The translations under genes and the position numbers were made by a program. 64,000 bases of DNA from an uncultured Planctomycetota bacterium. Its GTDB lineage: Bacteria > Planctomycetota > Planctomycetia > Isosphaerales > Isosphaeraceae. Location: positions 2,240,001 through 2,304,000 of the forward strand of contig CAWGMQ010000004.1 of NCBI GenBank assembly GCA_963823665.1, written 5' to 3'. A model generated the notes under the pieces. It was not told the DNA's origin. It made no database searches and saw only the letters and a program-made list of their open reading frames with translations. Positions 37,236 through 47,879 of the stretch are shown here, piece after piece (position 1 is the stretch's first letter; each line of letters begins with the position of its first letter).

Positions 37236-38621
37236 TCAGAGTGTCCAACCTTTACGGTATTCGGCATGGACCAGGTGATTGAGCTCAGCGGCATTCTTGA
37301 TCTTCAGGTTTTCGCAGTCCCACTCGAGACGCCGGCCAGGTGCTTTGAGAGCAAGCACACCCAGGAGCACAAGCTCGGTCAAGGGTCCGGAGTAATCGAA
37401 ATTGGAGATCGGCCGCGGTCCTCCCTTGCAGGCCTGGACCCATTCCTCATAGTGGCCGGGCGAGCGCTCCATTGTCTTGGGTACCTTCGCTGATTCGTCA
37501 TGAAGCTCCTTGGGAAGGAGCTGCGGCATACCGCCGTGAGAGCTGTGGAACATCTTTCCCTTGGTGCCGATATAGAGGACGCCGTTGTCCGGGAGCCGCT
37601 CCCCTCCAGACAGTTCGGCAGGGGCCGCAGGCATCAACCCACCGTCGTACCATGTCATCCGCACCGGTGGTAAATCGCCGCGCGCCGGGAAATCAAAGTA
37701 GATCAAGGCAGCGATCGGATAGGTTTCCACGTTGGGCTTGTCGCCCTCGAGGAATGAGCCGTCGATCGTGGTGCGTGCCTCGACAAAGCTAGGAGCACCA
37801 AGTTTCAAGGCCCACACGGGATGATCGATGATATGACAGCCCATGTCGCCGAGTGCCCCCGTGCCGAAATCCCACCAGCCGCGCCACTGAACAGGCGCAT
37901 AAGCAGGGTGGTAAGGCCGCTCGCGAATTGGTCCGAGCCAGAGATTCCAGTCAAGAGTTGACGGCACCGGTGGTGTCTCGGTTGGCCGTGGAATTCCCTG
38001 CTTCCAGAGACGGCCGGCCCGGTCTGACCAGACATGGACTTCTTTCACGGACCCAATCACCCCGGCCTGGATCCACTCGTTCGTGAGCCGAGCACCCTCG
38101 GTGGCATGCCCCTGGTTTCCCATCTGAGTCGCAACACCTGCTGCCCGCCCAGCCTTCGTCAGCTCTCGACACTCATACAGCGTGTGAGTGAGCGGCTTCT
38201 GGCAGTACACATGCTTACCGGCTCGGATTGCTGCCATGGACGCAACGGCATGGATGTGATCGGGCGTGCCGACGGTGACAGCATCGATCGCACCAGCTTC
38301 CTTTTCGAGCAAAACACGGAAATCTTTGTAGCGATGCGCCTGCGGAAACGCCTGAAATGAGCCGGCTGCGCGAGCATCGTCAACGTCACAAAGCGCGACA
38401 ATGTTGGCTCCCAGCCGTGCAACGGTCGCAATGTCACCACCTCCCATGCCGCCGGCGCCAATTCCGGCAACGTTCAGTCGCTCATTCGCCGCGATGAACC
38501 CCGCACCACCCAGGACATGACGAGGAATGACCATGAAGGAGAACGCCGAGCCTCCGGTTGTCGCCAGGAATGTTCTGCGCGATGGATTGCTCGGCGTGAA
38601 ACGCGAATCAGCATTGGCCAT
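37236..38621 (-). CDS. Gfo/Idh/MocA oxidoreductase with Tat signal
   Basis: SRRTFL, GAGGMG, TPDHIH, HVYCQKP, GDMGCHIID. Confidence 0.93.
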   Translation of the reverse strand: MANADSRFTPSNPSRRTFLATTGGSAFSFMVIPRHVLGGAGFIAANERLNVAGIGAGGMGGGDIATVARLGANIVALCDVDDARAAGSFQAFPQAHRYKDFRVLLEKEAGAIDAVTVGTPDHIHAVASMAAIRAGKHVYCQKPLTHTLYECRELTKAGRAAGVATQMGNQGHATEGARLTNEWIQAGVIGSVKEVHVWSDRAGRLWKQGIPRPTETPPVPSTLDWNLWLGPIRERPYHPAYAPVQWRGWWDFGTGALGDMGCHIIDHPVWALKLGAPSFVEARTTIDGSFLEGDKPNVETYPIAALIYFDFPARGDLPPVRMTWYDGGLMPAAPAELSGGERLPDNGVLYIGTKGKMFHSSHGGMPQLLPKELHDESAKVPKTMERSPGHYEEWVQACKGGPRPISNFDYSGPLTELVLLGVLALKAPGRRLEWDCENLKIKNAAELNHLVHAEYRKGWTL

Positions 38622-38708
38622 GATCCTGGTTCCTTTGAAATTCCTCGTCCGGGCGTTACGTTTGTGTCGTGGCTCTTGTTAGTCGCTGAGAATGCGCAAG
38701 TCACTCGT

Positions 38709-39491
38709 TCACGGCTTGCTGGCTGCCGGCCGGCCAGCAGCCACCCAGTCGATTCCCTGAACGATGAGCCGACCCAAATTGGGGTTGCGCAGAGGGTCAT
38801 CTTTTTCGGGGCCGAAGTCACGATGACCAAGCACCGTGTGAAACACACGTCCTTTGCCGAAAGTTCGGGTCCATGCGACCGGCCAGGCAGTCCCTTGAAA
38901 TTCGATAGTCACCAGCGGTTGGATGTCGGGCATCATCTGCAATTGATAGTACAGCTCGTCCGTAAGATTGAAGTCTTTCAGGCCATTCGTGATGGGGCTC
39001 GCTGTGTCAGCAATCTTCACAAGGTAGGTTCCCTTGCGAGGCTTGCCGTCAGGCAGACCGAAGTGGGAGAAAACGCCGCCGAGCATTTCTTTCCAGGTAG
39101 GTGACCAATCCTTGGCTGCATTATCGGCACCGTGAATGGATACATATCCGTGTCCTCCACGAACGTAGCTGAAAATTGCCTCTTGCTGGTCGTTCGAGAA
39201 TTTGAATTCATCGTCGCGGCGGTCGGCATTGACAATGAGAAGGTCGTACTTGCTCATCGCGGGTGTTTCCAGAATGCCGGCGTCTTCACAGATTGTGACC
39301 TGGAAGCGGCCGGTATTCTCGAGCGTGCCCGAAAGGTACAATGCCTGTTCACGGTATCCATGGTGCTGTCGCTTTCCTCCAGAGAGCAGCAACACCTTGG
39401 CGCCATCCGGGGCGGCCTTTTGAGCGAAGGCAGGCAGCGCCAGTCCTGACGACAAGATCAGGTACCAAAGGATCATTCGCGGTTGATTCAC
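38709..39491 (-). CDS. ThuA-like domain protein, secreted
   Basis: Signal peptide, GHGYVSIHG, MLGGVFSH, DELY, PVAWTRTFGKGRVFHTVLGH. Confidence 0.88.
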   Translation of the reverse strand: MNQPRMILWYLILSSGLALPAFAQKAAPDGAKVLLLSGGKRQHHGYREQALYLSGTLENTGRFQVTICEDAGILETPAMSKYDLLIVNADRRDDEFKFSNDQQEAIFSYVRGGHGYVSIHGADNAAKDWSPTWKEMLGGVFSHFGLPDGKPRKGTYLVKIADTASPITNGLKDFNLTDELYYQLQMMPDIQPLVTIEFQGTAWPVAWTRTFGKGRVFHTVLGHRDFGPEKDDPLRNPNLGRLIVQGIDWVAAGRPAASKP

Positions 39492-39659
39492 GGGCGTCGC
39501 TCCTACCGCTAGATTGACGACCAGTGGGGATCCAGTCGTTCCGGCAATGGCCGGTCAAGGTGGGAATTTAGCACGACCTGAACTTTGAACCGTAGCGTAG
39601 CCCAGCCGGGTGTCTATCGCAAGCCTCGGCCGATTAGCCAGCAGAGGAGATTGCAAGTG

Positions 39660-40235
39660 ATGAGACAAATGAGCGACATTCGCCGGTTTTTCTTCCGTGT
39701 GTCCAGCGTGCTAGCTGTGACTGTGGTTCTGATGGGTGCTGATGACAAGCCCAAGCAGACGATCGATGCCAAGGGGATTACGTTTGACGCGCCCAAATCG
39801 TGGGAGTCGAGTCCACCGTCAAGTGAGATGCGACGTGCTCAACTCAAAGTAGAACCGCTCGAGGGCGACGACTATGCCGCCGAGCTGGTCGTCTTCGCGA
39901 TCAAAGGAGGCGGCGGTACCGTCGACGCCAATTTGACCCGCTGGCAGAAGCTCTTCAAAGATGAAGACGGCAATCCACCTAAGATCGAAAGCAAGAAGGT
40001 TCAGGCGAAGAACGTTGAAGTGACACGGGCCGAGACCTCCGGTCACTACTATCCTACTGCGTTCCCCGGCGCTCCTAAACAACCAGACAGGCCGGGAGCC
40101 CGGCTTCTGGGCGTGATCATTACCGGCGAGAAGCACGGCTACTACATCCGGATGGTCGGGCCAGACAAGACAATGAAGAAGCTGACCAAAGACTTCGACG
40201 AAATGATCAAAACGATCAAGCTGGACGAGGAGTAA
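39660..40235 (+). CDS. Conserved hypothetical exported protein
   Basis: GAGGAG RBS, N-terminal hydrophobic segment, P..W...P.S.MR, GGTVDANLTRWQKLF, YYIRMVGP. Confidence 0.7.
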   Translation: MRQMSDIRRFFFRVSSVLAVTVVLMGADDKPKQTIDAKGITFDAPKSWESSPPSSEMRRAQLKVEPLEGDDYAAELVVFAIKGGGGTVDANLTRWQKLFKDEDGNPPKIESKKVQAKNVEVTRAETSGHYYPTAFPGAPKQPDRPGARLLGVIITGEKHGYYIRMVGPDKTMKKLTKDFDEMIKTIKLDEE

Positions 40236-40328
40236 CTGTGAACGAACGGCTGCACAGATAGATCGGCGGCGGAGTGGACCCGGTTCCCACTGGGCCGGGC
40301 CACCTCGTTTCAAGAGAGGCCTGGCGCC

Positions 40329-40895
40329 ATGATAACGGTGACCATCGTTTGCGCTCGGTGCACGCAGCCTAACCATGCGTCGCAACGATTCTGCACAAGC
40401 TGCAGCCTTCCTCTCGGTGCTCTACAGCCAGATGCCGAGGCCGCCTACGATGCACTCGAGCCCTATGAAGCGCCCGAGCCGGCTGATGCTGACATCGCCC
40501 GCCTGATCATTGATTTCGTCAAGCAGACCGGCTACAACGCAAATTCCTCGGGCCGGGGCTGGCAAATCGTTGTTCCGATGCGGCTCGATCGTAAACAGGC
40601 GGTGTATGTCGGCCCGGGAGGAACTGACGCCGAGGGAAGAGCAATCTTGTCCCTGGTCTCCGTCTGCGGCCCAGTCAACGACCGCGACTGTCGCACCTTG
40701 CTAAAGCTCAATGCGCGCATCGTCGAAGGGCACTTCGCGATCAGGGTCCTTCGCGGCGAGGAGTACTTTGTGGTCATGGATAACATCGCCGTCGACATGC
40801 TCAAATCGATCGACAATGCACGGCTTGTTCGACGAGTAGCCGAAGTGGCTGATGGGCTCGAGGACCGCTTATCACGCGGACGCGACCTTTATTAA
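40329..40895 (+). CDS. Zinc-ribbon plus YbjN/CesT-like (T3SS-chaperone-fold) protein
   Basis: CARC-x10-CTSC; RKQAVYV, SVCGP, LLKLN, VAEVADGLEDRL..GRDLY. Confidence 0.65.
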   Translation: MITVTIVCARCTQPNHASQRFCTSCSLPLGALQPDAEAAYDALEPYEAPEPADADIARLIIDFVKQTGYNANSSGRGWQIVVPMRLDRKQAVYVGPGGTDAEGRAILSLVSVCGPVNDRDCRTLLKLNARIVEGHFAIRVLRGEEYFVVMDNIAVDMLKSIDNARLVRRVAEVADGLEDRLSRGRDLY

Positions 40896-40919
40896 GACAA
40901 TCATGCTGGCAAAGCAGTA

Positions 40920-42656
40920 CTATTTCTGGATTCGGTGCAGGTCGGACGTGCGATAGATCGCGATCGTGGTGTCCTCGGTAAGCACAACCGGCCTCAAACC
41001 CTTGAGGCATTCAAAGAATCCGGGTGGGCCCCATGGGCCCCATTCCAGCGACGCTGAAACAGCAAGGAATTGTGTTTGCACCGAGTTGAGACTGGTCAGG
41101 TTGGGGTTTCCACTGGCGTTGATCGTCTGGCTTTCTCCGGCAACTCCGTAATGTGCAGGTTTCGTGTCTCCAAAATAATAAAGGGTCATGTCCGCCAGCT
41201 CCGGCCGTTCTTGCTGCAATCGGGCAAGCGACTTGAGACCCTGGCCCCAATCGAGGTTTGAGTCTGCCAGAATCCGACGGCCACCCAGTGGACCTCCAGC
41301 GATAGCGTTAAAGTACGTCAATTCATACGGGTGGATCCCCGCCACTGCGGCTGCGTAGCCGGCGATACCCAGTATGGCTGCACACCGTATGCTGACGGCA
41401 ACCCGCAAGGGATACTCGCAAAATTGTTTACCGATTGCTGAAATCCAGACAATTGCCAGTGGTGCTAACGGCAGCAGGTACCGAACGCCATAGTTGCGAG
41501 ACGATCCAGCAGCCGTGATTCCCATGTAGAGGAGAAAAACTAGCGGCAGCAGAGTGTTGTAGTCGGGAACGGAAGGATCGCTTCTGCACCGCCCGGTCCA
41601 TACCAGCCTCGCGATAACCAAGATCCAGAATGTAAGCGGTACCTTCACGGCAACCGCAACCAGGTAATAGTACCACCAGCCTTGCATCCGGCGTGCGCCA
41701 AAGAGGTAGCTCGGCCCACCGGATGCCTGATGGTGCATCTGAGTGGCAAAGCCCACCCAGTCTTGTGGGAGTGGAGTTTCGTAAATACGGGCAACAAGCT
41801 CGTTCCCCTCGCGGCCGAACCATTTCTCAATCGTGGGATGATCTCCGCGTGATGTGCTCAACGGCAGACTTGCAAACCCTGTCACGGCGGCATCCATCAA
41901 GAGGAGGATCGACAGGAAGCCTGCCATTGCAATTGTGACGCGTGTCGCAAGCACGATTGGTCTTCGCTCGCCTCGTCGACAGCACACAACCCACCAGACT
42001 GTTGCCAGGATTGGAGGAACAAGGATCGCAGTAAACTTGCACGAAAATGCCAGCCCTCCTGCGCCGGCGGCAGCCCAGAACCAGAGAAACCGATTGGTCT
42101 CAAGAAACCGCCAGAAAAGGTAGAACATGGCAGTCGTGCCGGCAACCAAGGGAATTTCCATGGTGACGAGCGCACCATGAGCGAGCAGATTGGGGCTCAA
42201 GCTGAAGAGCCAGGCTGCCAGTGTCATCGCCCGGGGGCCATAACTGCGACGGCTCCAGGCGATTGTGAGCATGAAGGCTACAAACCAGATCCAGGAGGAA
42301 CCGAGGCGAACCCAGGGCAGGAGTTCTTGCTCGTGGCCGATAGGGTCGTCAACCCAGTCACGATGGCCGACTTGATCGAGAAGCCAGAGTACCGGGACTT
42401 GCTGCAGCTTCCAGAACAGAAGCGGTGAGCCCATCCGTGTGATTTCAGTCTGCTCACCGGTGTGCCACCAACTCGCTGCAATGCGAAGATAAGCAACCTC
42501 ATCATAGGTCGCCGAGTTGGTGAAGCTCTCCTGCGCGATGAGTGCCAGTCCCGCAAGTGCGGCAAGAACTGTCAAGCAGGTGTAAGCAGAAAAGCTAGGG
42601 GAAACTTGCAGACGCGACAACGGCTGTTGTTGGGGATCCTTTCCCATATGGAGCAT
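40920..42656 (-). CDS. ArnT/PMT-like (GT-C) membrane glycosyltransferase
   Basis: SATYDE, LSPNLLAHGALVT, KFTA, GWWYYY, GVRYLLP, DSNLDWGQ. Confidence 0.85.
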   Translation of the reverse strand: MLHMGKDPQQQPLSRLQVSPSFSAYTCLTVLAALAGLALIAQESFTNSATYDEVAYLRIAASWWHTGEQTEITRMGSPLLFWKLQQVPVLWLLDQVGHRDWVDDPIGHEQELLPWVRLGSSWIWFVAFMLTIAWSRRSYGPRAMTLAAWLFSLSPNLLAHGALVTMEIPLVAGTTAMFYLFWRFLETNRFLWFWAAAGAGGLAFSCKFTAILVPPILATVWWVVCCRRGERRPIVLATRVTIAMAGFLSILLLMDAAVTGFASLPLSTSRGDHPTIEKWFGREGNELVARIYETPLPQDWVGFATQMHHQASGGPSYLFGARRMQGWWYYYLVAVAVKVPLTFWILVIARLVWTGRCRSDPSVPDYNTLLPLVFLLYMGITAAGSSRNYGVRYLLPLAPLAIVWISAIGKQFCEYPLRVAVSIRCAAILGIAGYAAAVAGIHPYELTYFNAIAGGPLGGRRILADSNLDWGQGLKSLARLQQERPELADMTLYYFGDTKPAHYGVAGESQTINASGNPNLTSLNSVQTQFLAVSASLEWGPWGPPGFFECLKGLRPVVLTEDTTIAIYRTSDLHRIQK

Positions 42657-42717
42657 CCTTCAGTCAATCCATCTGCCGAGACGTTATCGATTTCTTGGGA
42701 ATAGATCCATGCGGTTC

Positions 42718-43788
42718 TTACGTACTGAGTTTGTCTTTTTCTTGTAAGCTTTGGCGGAGAACGCTTATCTGACGCGCGTTTTCAAGTGCATCGCGAATGG
42801 TTGGGGCGAGGGAGTGATCCCCACGGACAAGGCGGTGAAACTGGTCATTGAGGACATCACCGACAGTTGGCTCCAGTGCGAGCCGTTCTTCCTTGCTGCC
42901 GGATGAGTTCGCCCAGAGTATCTTTTCAGGCATTTCAAGCCAGGCTGCTCCCCGCTCTGCGAGAACCTGAAACCCTGGCTGCGGTAAAAAACGGCTGGCA
43001 TCGCCCCATGCCCCACGGTGATAACGTCCGAAGGAAATCTGAGCAGTTGCCCCACTGCCAAATACCGCCGTGAAACTCGCAAAGTCAGGATCAGGATCAG
43101 TCAGATCAGGCGTGGCAAGGACATGGCACTTCGTTCCCTGCAATGAATGTGGAAGTGTCTGGAATACGAAGCCGCACCAATCGAGGAGATAGCTGCCAGG
43201 ATCAATCAAGAGAGGCGCTGGGGCAATTTGCGTGGTAGGGCCCGGTATTGCGTAGCGATCAAAGCCATAGAGACGGGAATGCCCTATGATCAGGCGAGGA
43301 GCCCCCAGGTGCGTGGCCAGAAGTTCCTTGAGGCGTAATGTTGCAGGATAACACCGTCGAGCGAATTCTGGCATGAACGCGATACCGCTCTCGTCAATGA
43401 GTGAGGCGACTGCTTCAAGCTCGGCCAGGTCACTCGCCAGCGGCAAACCACAATAGACCGGTTTGCGAGTTGCGCAAGCAAGACCGATCGGGTGTAGTCC
43501 AAACCATTGTCGAGAGAGCAAGTAGATCACATCGACGTCGGGCCGTTCGACAAGTGCAGATAGCCCCTCACATGCTGCGCAGCCAATCTGAGCAGCCTCG
43601 AGTTCCGCGCGCCGATAGACAGTGTCGTAGACGGCTGTAACCCGGAATCGATCTTCCAGACGTGCCAAGGACGGCTTGTGGCGCGTTTCCCACAGCCGGC
43701 CCAATCCAATGACTCCTACCCGGAGCCGCTGGTGTTTCGTTCCGACCAAGCCCGCCTCCTCGCCCTGCAATCCATGCAGAGACCCCAA
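42718..43788 (-). CDS. Gfo/Idh/MocA-family oxidoreductase-like protein (atypical motif)
   Basis: RVGVIGLG Rossmann motif, RPDVDVIY; EKP replaced by GLP; start uncertain. Confidence 0.8.
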   Translation of the reverse strand: MGSLHGLQGEEAGLVGTKHQRLRVGVIGLGRLWETRHKPSLARLEDRFRVTAVYDTVYRRAELEAAQIGCAACEGLSALVERPDVDVIYLLSRQWFGLHPIGLACATRKPVYCGLPLASDLAELEAVASLIDESGIAFMPEFARRCYPATLRLKELLATHLGAPRLIIGHSRLYGFDRYAIPGPTTQIAPAPLLIDPGSYLLDWCGFVFQTLPHSLQGTKCHVLATPDLTDPDPDFASFTAVFGSGATAQISFGRYHRGAWGDASRFLPQPGFQVLAERGAAWLEMPEKILWANSSGSKEERLALEPTVGDVLNDQFHRLVRGDHSLAPTIRDALENARQISVLRQSLQEKDKLST

Positions 43789-43882
43789 AGCTCTCCCTGG
43801 CCAAATGTACCAAGTAGGTTAACAGCATGAATTCGTCAGGCCAATAGCGTAACCTGGGCGGGCGAGAAAGGGGGGCTCGATC

Positions 43883-44326
43883 ATGCGGGCTGTTCTTCAG
43901 CGAGTTTGTCGCGCATCAGTTACAGTTGACGGAAACTGTGTTGCAAGTATTGGGCAAGGTTGGCTCGTCTTGCTTGGAGTCGCACAGGAAGATAGCCATG
44001 CTGACGTCGAGTGGCTCGCCGTAAAAGTACTCAATCTTCGCGGCTTCAAGGACGAACACGGCAAGATGAATCTAAGCGTGCTTGAGTCAAACGGTGAAAT
44101 CTTGGTCGTGAGTCAGTTCACGCTGCTGGCTGATTGTCGCTCAGGTCGCCGACCAGGTTTTGCGGAGGCCGCAAAACCACTGATTGCTGAAGAGTTCTAT
44201 CTTGTCTTTACCAAGCTGTTGGAGAAGTCAGGGCTCAGGGTTGGGACCGGAGTATTCGGTGCCATGATGGACGTGGAATTGATCAACGACGGGCCTGTTA
44301 CGTTCCTGCTGGATAGCAGGGCATAG
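43883..44326 (+). CDS. dtd: D-aminoacyl-tRNA deacylase
   Basis: [33 protein letters not shown]. Confidence 0.96.
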   Translation: MRAVLQRVCRASVTVDGNCVASIGQGWLVLLGVAQEDSHADVEWLAVKVLNLRGFKDEHGKMNLSVLESNGEILVVSQFTLLADCRSGRRPGFAEAAKPLIAEEFYLVFTKLLEKSGLRVGTGVFGAMMDVELINDGPVTFLLDSRA

Positions 44327-44407
44327 GCAGGATCCGCACAGGGATCAGAATAACCGGGTCGGACTGATCTGTACGGGAATATCCCAGCAGTTCAAAGAGG
44401 ATTCTTC

Positions 44408-45931
44408 ATGGACACACCAGGCGGACGGCCTTCAATTTTGCTTGGACTGGATGTCGGGACACAGAGTCTGCGGGCAGCGCTTGTCGACTTGCAAGGCCAC
44501 ACGGTAGCATTTGGAATCGCACCGATCGAGACAGCGTTTCCGCATCCTACGTGGGCCGAACAACAGCCGCAATCCTGGTGGTCTGCTGCAATAACAGCAG
44601 TGAATCTCGCCCTTTCCAAAGCGGACGTCCGGCCCGAACAAGTGATTGGCATCGGTCTGGATTGTACGGCCTGCACAGTTGTGGCAACTGATAAAAACGG
44701 AGTACCGCTACGCCCTGCACTGCTCTGGATGGACCAACGGGCGTTCAAGGAAGCAGAGATCATCAGCGGCACAAGCGATCCGGCATTGCGATACGTTTCG
44801 GGGCGGGTGTCTCCCGAGTGGATGCTACCCAAGGCGCTCTGGCTCAAGCAGAACGAGCCAGATGTCTACGCACACGCTTTTCGAATCGTCGAGTGTACGG
44901 ATTGGATGATGTACCGAATGACTGGCGAGTGGACACTATCGATGAACCATGTCGCGGTCAAATGGAATTATGCCCGGCCTGAAGGCGGGTGGCCATTCAA
45001 ACTGTTGGAAGCAGTTGGCCTCTCCGACCTGTTCGAGAAATGGCCAGCACAGATTATCTCGCTCGGACGTGGAGATAACACATTGAGCAAGTCAGCGGCT
45101 GAGCAGCTAGGGCTTCCTGCAGGCATTCCAGTTGCACAAGGGGGGATTGACGCATACCTCGGCATGCTCGGCATGGGAGCAACTCGCGATGGTGATGTCG
45201 CGGTGATCGTTGGGTCCAGCACCTGCCACCTTGCCCAGTCGCGTGTGGGCGTGTTTGGCTCGGGGGCCGCTGGCTGCTACCCTGATGCAACGGTGGAGGG
45301 GCTGTATACCCTGGAAGCCGGGCAGACTGCTACTGGGTCGATTCTCGACTGGTACCGCCGCCATTTTGCAGGAAATCAGCAAGCTGAGGCAGACCGCCGG
45401 AAGGTGCCTGTTTTTCAGGTCCTGGATGAACTTGCCGCAGCCGTACCACCGGCGGCAGAGGGGTTAGTGGTTCGTGACGACTGGCAAGGAAACCGCTCCC
45501 CTTACAAGAACCCCCTTGCACGCGGTTGTATTGCTGGGCTTTCGCTTGCGCATGGACCAGGCCAGGTGGTACGAGGAATCTACGAAGCAACAGCTTGTGG
45601 AACTCGTCATATCCTGGAGGATGCCATGACCTATGGTCTGCGTGTCGAACGCATCTTCCTCGGAGGCGGCGGAGCCAGGTCGCCCCTTTGGCTGCAAATC
45701 CATGCCGACGTACTCAAGAAGCCGATTCACTTACCGCGAGAGAAAGAGTCGTGTGCACTTGGCTCAGCCATGGCGGCTGCGATTGCTGCTGGTGTTTACC
45801 AAGACTTTGACGAGGCTGCTCATGCAATGGTTGCCATTGAAACGCAGGTTGAGCCAGATGCTGCAAATGCGGTTCTCTATGATGAGCTGTTCGAACGATA
45901 CATCGGTCTCTATTCTCGATTGAATTCGTGA
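44408..45931 (+). CDS. FGGY-family carbohydrate kinase (ribulokinase-like)
   Basis: GLDVGTQS, LWMDQRA, PKALWL, GGIDA, GSSTC, WQGNRSP, GGGARS. Confidence 0.9.
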   Translation: MDTPGGRPSILLGLDVGTQSLRAALVDLQGHTVAFGIAPIETAFPHPTWAEQQPQSWWSAAITAVNLALSKADVRPEQVIGIGLDCTACTVVATDKNGVPLRPALLWMDQRAFKEAEIISGTSDPALRYVSGRVSPEWMLPKALWLKQNEPDVYAHAFRIVECTDWMMYRMTGEWTLSMNHVAVKWNYARPEGGWPFKLLEAVGLSDLFEKWPAQIISLGRGDNTLSKSAAEQLGLPAGIPVAQGGIDAYLGMLGMGATRDGDVAVIVGSSTCHLAQSRVGVFGSGAAGCYPDATVEGLYTLEAGQTATGSILDWYRRHFAGNQQAEADRRKVPVFQVLDELAAAVPPAAEGLVVRDDWQGNRSPYKNPLARGCIAGLSLAHGPGQVVRGIYEATACGTRHILEDAMTYGLRVERIFLGGGGARSPLWLQIHADVLKKPIHLPREKESCALGSAMAAAIAAGVYQDFDEAAHAMVAIETQVEPDAANAVLYDELFERYIGLYSRLNS

Positions 45932-45953
45932 AACGGAGACCTTCAAGCTTCAA

Positions 45954-47219
45954 TTATAGAACCTTGGGCTTGATGGGCTGTGCCGGAATACCGACGACCG
46001 TTTGACCATCAGGAACGTTCTGGTTGCGCGTAACGACCGCATTCGCGCCGACGACCGCATCATCCCCAACAGTAACGGGTGCAATCAGAATAGCACCTGC
46101 TCCTAGACGAGCCCGAGAGCCAATCCGGGTGTTGCTTTTTTTGATGCCATCGAAATTGGCAGTAACCACTGTTGCACCAACATTGGCGTTCTCGCCGACG
46201 TCGGAGTCCCCAAGATAAGCCAGATGGCGCACGATCGTACCGGCACCAACCTGCGATTGCTTGATCTCGACGAAGGCACCGATTTCCACTCCATCGTTCA
46301 AGATCGTGCCCTCGCGCAGATGTGCATGCGGACCAATGCGACACCGTGAGCCGATTTCGACAGTACCGCTGATAACGGTGAAAGGGTAGATAACCGTATC
46401 TGCGCCAATTGATGCTCGGCCATCGATGTAAGTATTGCGCGGGTCGACAATGGTGACACCTTCTGTCATCCAGTGATCTTGGATTCGTGCCTGCATTGTG
46501 GCTCCGGCGAATGCCAGGTGTTGACGCGTGTTGATGCCCAGCACGTCATCAGCCTGCAAAACGTTGAGAGCGACCACTTTCTTACCCATTGTCATGAGAT
46601 GTTCAGGGGCATCCGTAAGGTAGTATTCGCCCTGGGCGTTACCAGTGTTGATCTGGTCAAGGGCATCCCAGAGTTCGGGTAGTTTGAAGACATAGCAGCT
46701 CGGGTTGACCTCTTTGATGGCGCGTTCTTCGGGCGTGCAATCACGTTCTTCGACAATCCGGAGAAACCGGCCGGCTGAATCACGAAGGATCCGGCCAAAG
46801 CCCATCGGGTCTTCCATCACCGCAGTGCCGAGCAGGCAGGCTGCTTGGTCCATCCGCTGGCGATCAAGCAGATCAGCCAGAGGTTGTGGGCGGAGCAGAG
46901 GCTCATCGCCAACCAGTACGAGCGATGGTCCTTCATAGTCAGCGAGCAAGGGCCGGCAAACTTTGACAGCGTCACCGGTCCCAAGTTGCTCGGTTTGCGT
47001 GGCAAAGAGGATATCGGGCGTGCTCTGAAAATACTGGCGAACCTGGTCGGCTGCATACCCAATCACAACGATGATGGTCTTGGCCCCGGCGCCTCGCGCG
47101 GCGTCCACGACGTAATGAATCATCGGTCGCCCACAGACTTCGTGAAGGACCTTGGCCCTTTTTGATTTCATCCGCTTTCCCTGGCCAGCAGCCAGGATGA
47201 TTGCAACAGGGCCCTGCAT
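45954..47219 (-). CDS. glmU: Bifunctional UDP-GlcNAc pyrophosphorylase / GlcN-1-P acetyltransferase
   Basis: ILAAGQGKRMKS, QLGTG, NAQGEYYLTD, hexapeptide repeats, HLAYLGD, TANFDG. Confidence 0.92.
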   Translation of the reverse strand: MQGPVAIILAAGQGKRMKSKRAKVLHEVCGRPMIHYVVDAARGAGAKTIIVVIGYAADQVRQYFQSTPDILFATQTEQLGTGDAVKVCRPLLADYEGPSLVLVGDEPLLRPQPLADLLDRQRMDQAACLLGTAVMEDPMGFGRILRDSAGRFLRIVEERDCTPEERAIKEVNPSCYVFKLPELWDALDQINTGNAQGEYYLTDAPEHLMTMGKKVVALNVLQADDVLGINTRQHLAFAGATMQARIQDHWMTEGVTIVDPRNTYIDGRASIGADTVIYPFTVISGTVEIGSRCRIGPHAHLREGTILNDGVEIGAFVEIKQSQVGAGTIVRHLAYLGDSDVGENANVGATVVTANFDGIKKSNTRIGSRARLGAGAILIAPVTVGDDAVVGANAVVTRNQNVPDGQTVVGIPAQPIKPKVL

Positions 47220-47510
47220 CAAATCGATCTTTCGAGTGTTGGAAGATTCTTGGTACAAATCATCGAGGGAGCGCACGCACGATCATCATAGAAGTCTATG
47301 CCAGTGCACGTCAAACTCCGCAGCGTTGTTCTAGCGTTGACACAGTTCTAACCAACAGGCACCGCGAACCTTGAACCAATCGATCGGATCTGGCAGACTG
47401 AGTCAATCCAGTGCGGAGCTTGCGCGAAAGGCTCAAAACCGATTCAGAACGCCGATCTGGCGGCCTCATAAATCGGGTTGTATAGGTAATTTAGACGGGA
47501 GTTTGCACTC

Positions 47511-47798
47511 ATGTCGTTATCGGTCGAGGACGTGGCGAAAGTTGCGATCCTGGCGCGCCTCCGGCTTGAACCCGGTGAGTTGCAAACTCTGACCGCCCAG
47601 ATCAACTCGATCGTGGATTATGTTACCCAGCTTCAGGAGCTCGATACCACGGATGTTGAACCGTTGGCCCACGGCGTCGAATTGCGCAACGTGTTCCGTG
47701 ATGATCTACGCGGGCCCGCACTCGATCGCGAAAAAGCTCTTGCAAATGCACCCGAGCGCAACCAAGCGAGCTTCTTGGTCCCTGTCGTTTTGGAATGA
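47511..47798 (+). CDS. gatC: Asp/Glu-tRNA amidotransferase subunit C
   Basis: VAILARL, LQELDTTDVEP, NVFRDD, LANAP, FLVP; upstream of gatA. Confidence 0.93.
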   Translation: MSLSVEDVAKVAILARLRLEPGELQTLTAQINSIVDYVTQLQELDTTDVEPLAHGVELRNVFRDDLRGPALDREKALANAPERNQASFLVPVVLE

Positions 47799-47879
47799 CC
47801 ACATGTATTCCTGCCCGAGGTATGCGACGATCGTGCTGCGCCTTTTGGGTGGAATGCTCAGAGCTAAGGATGCCGCTTG

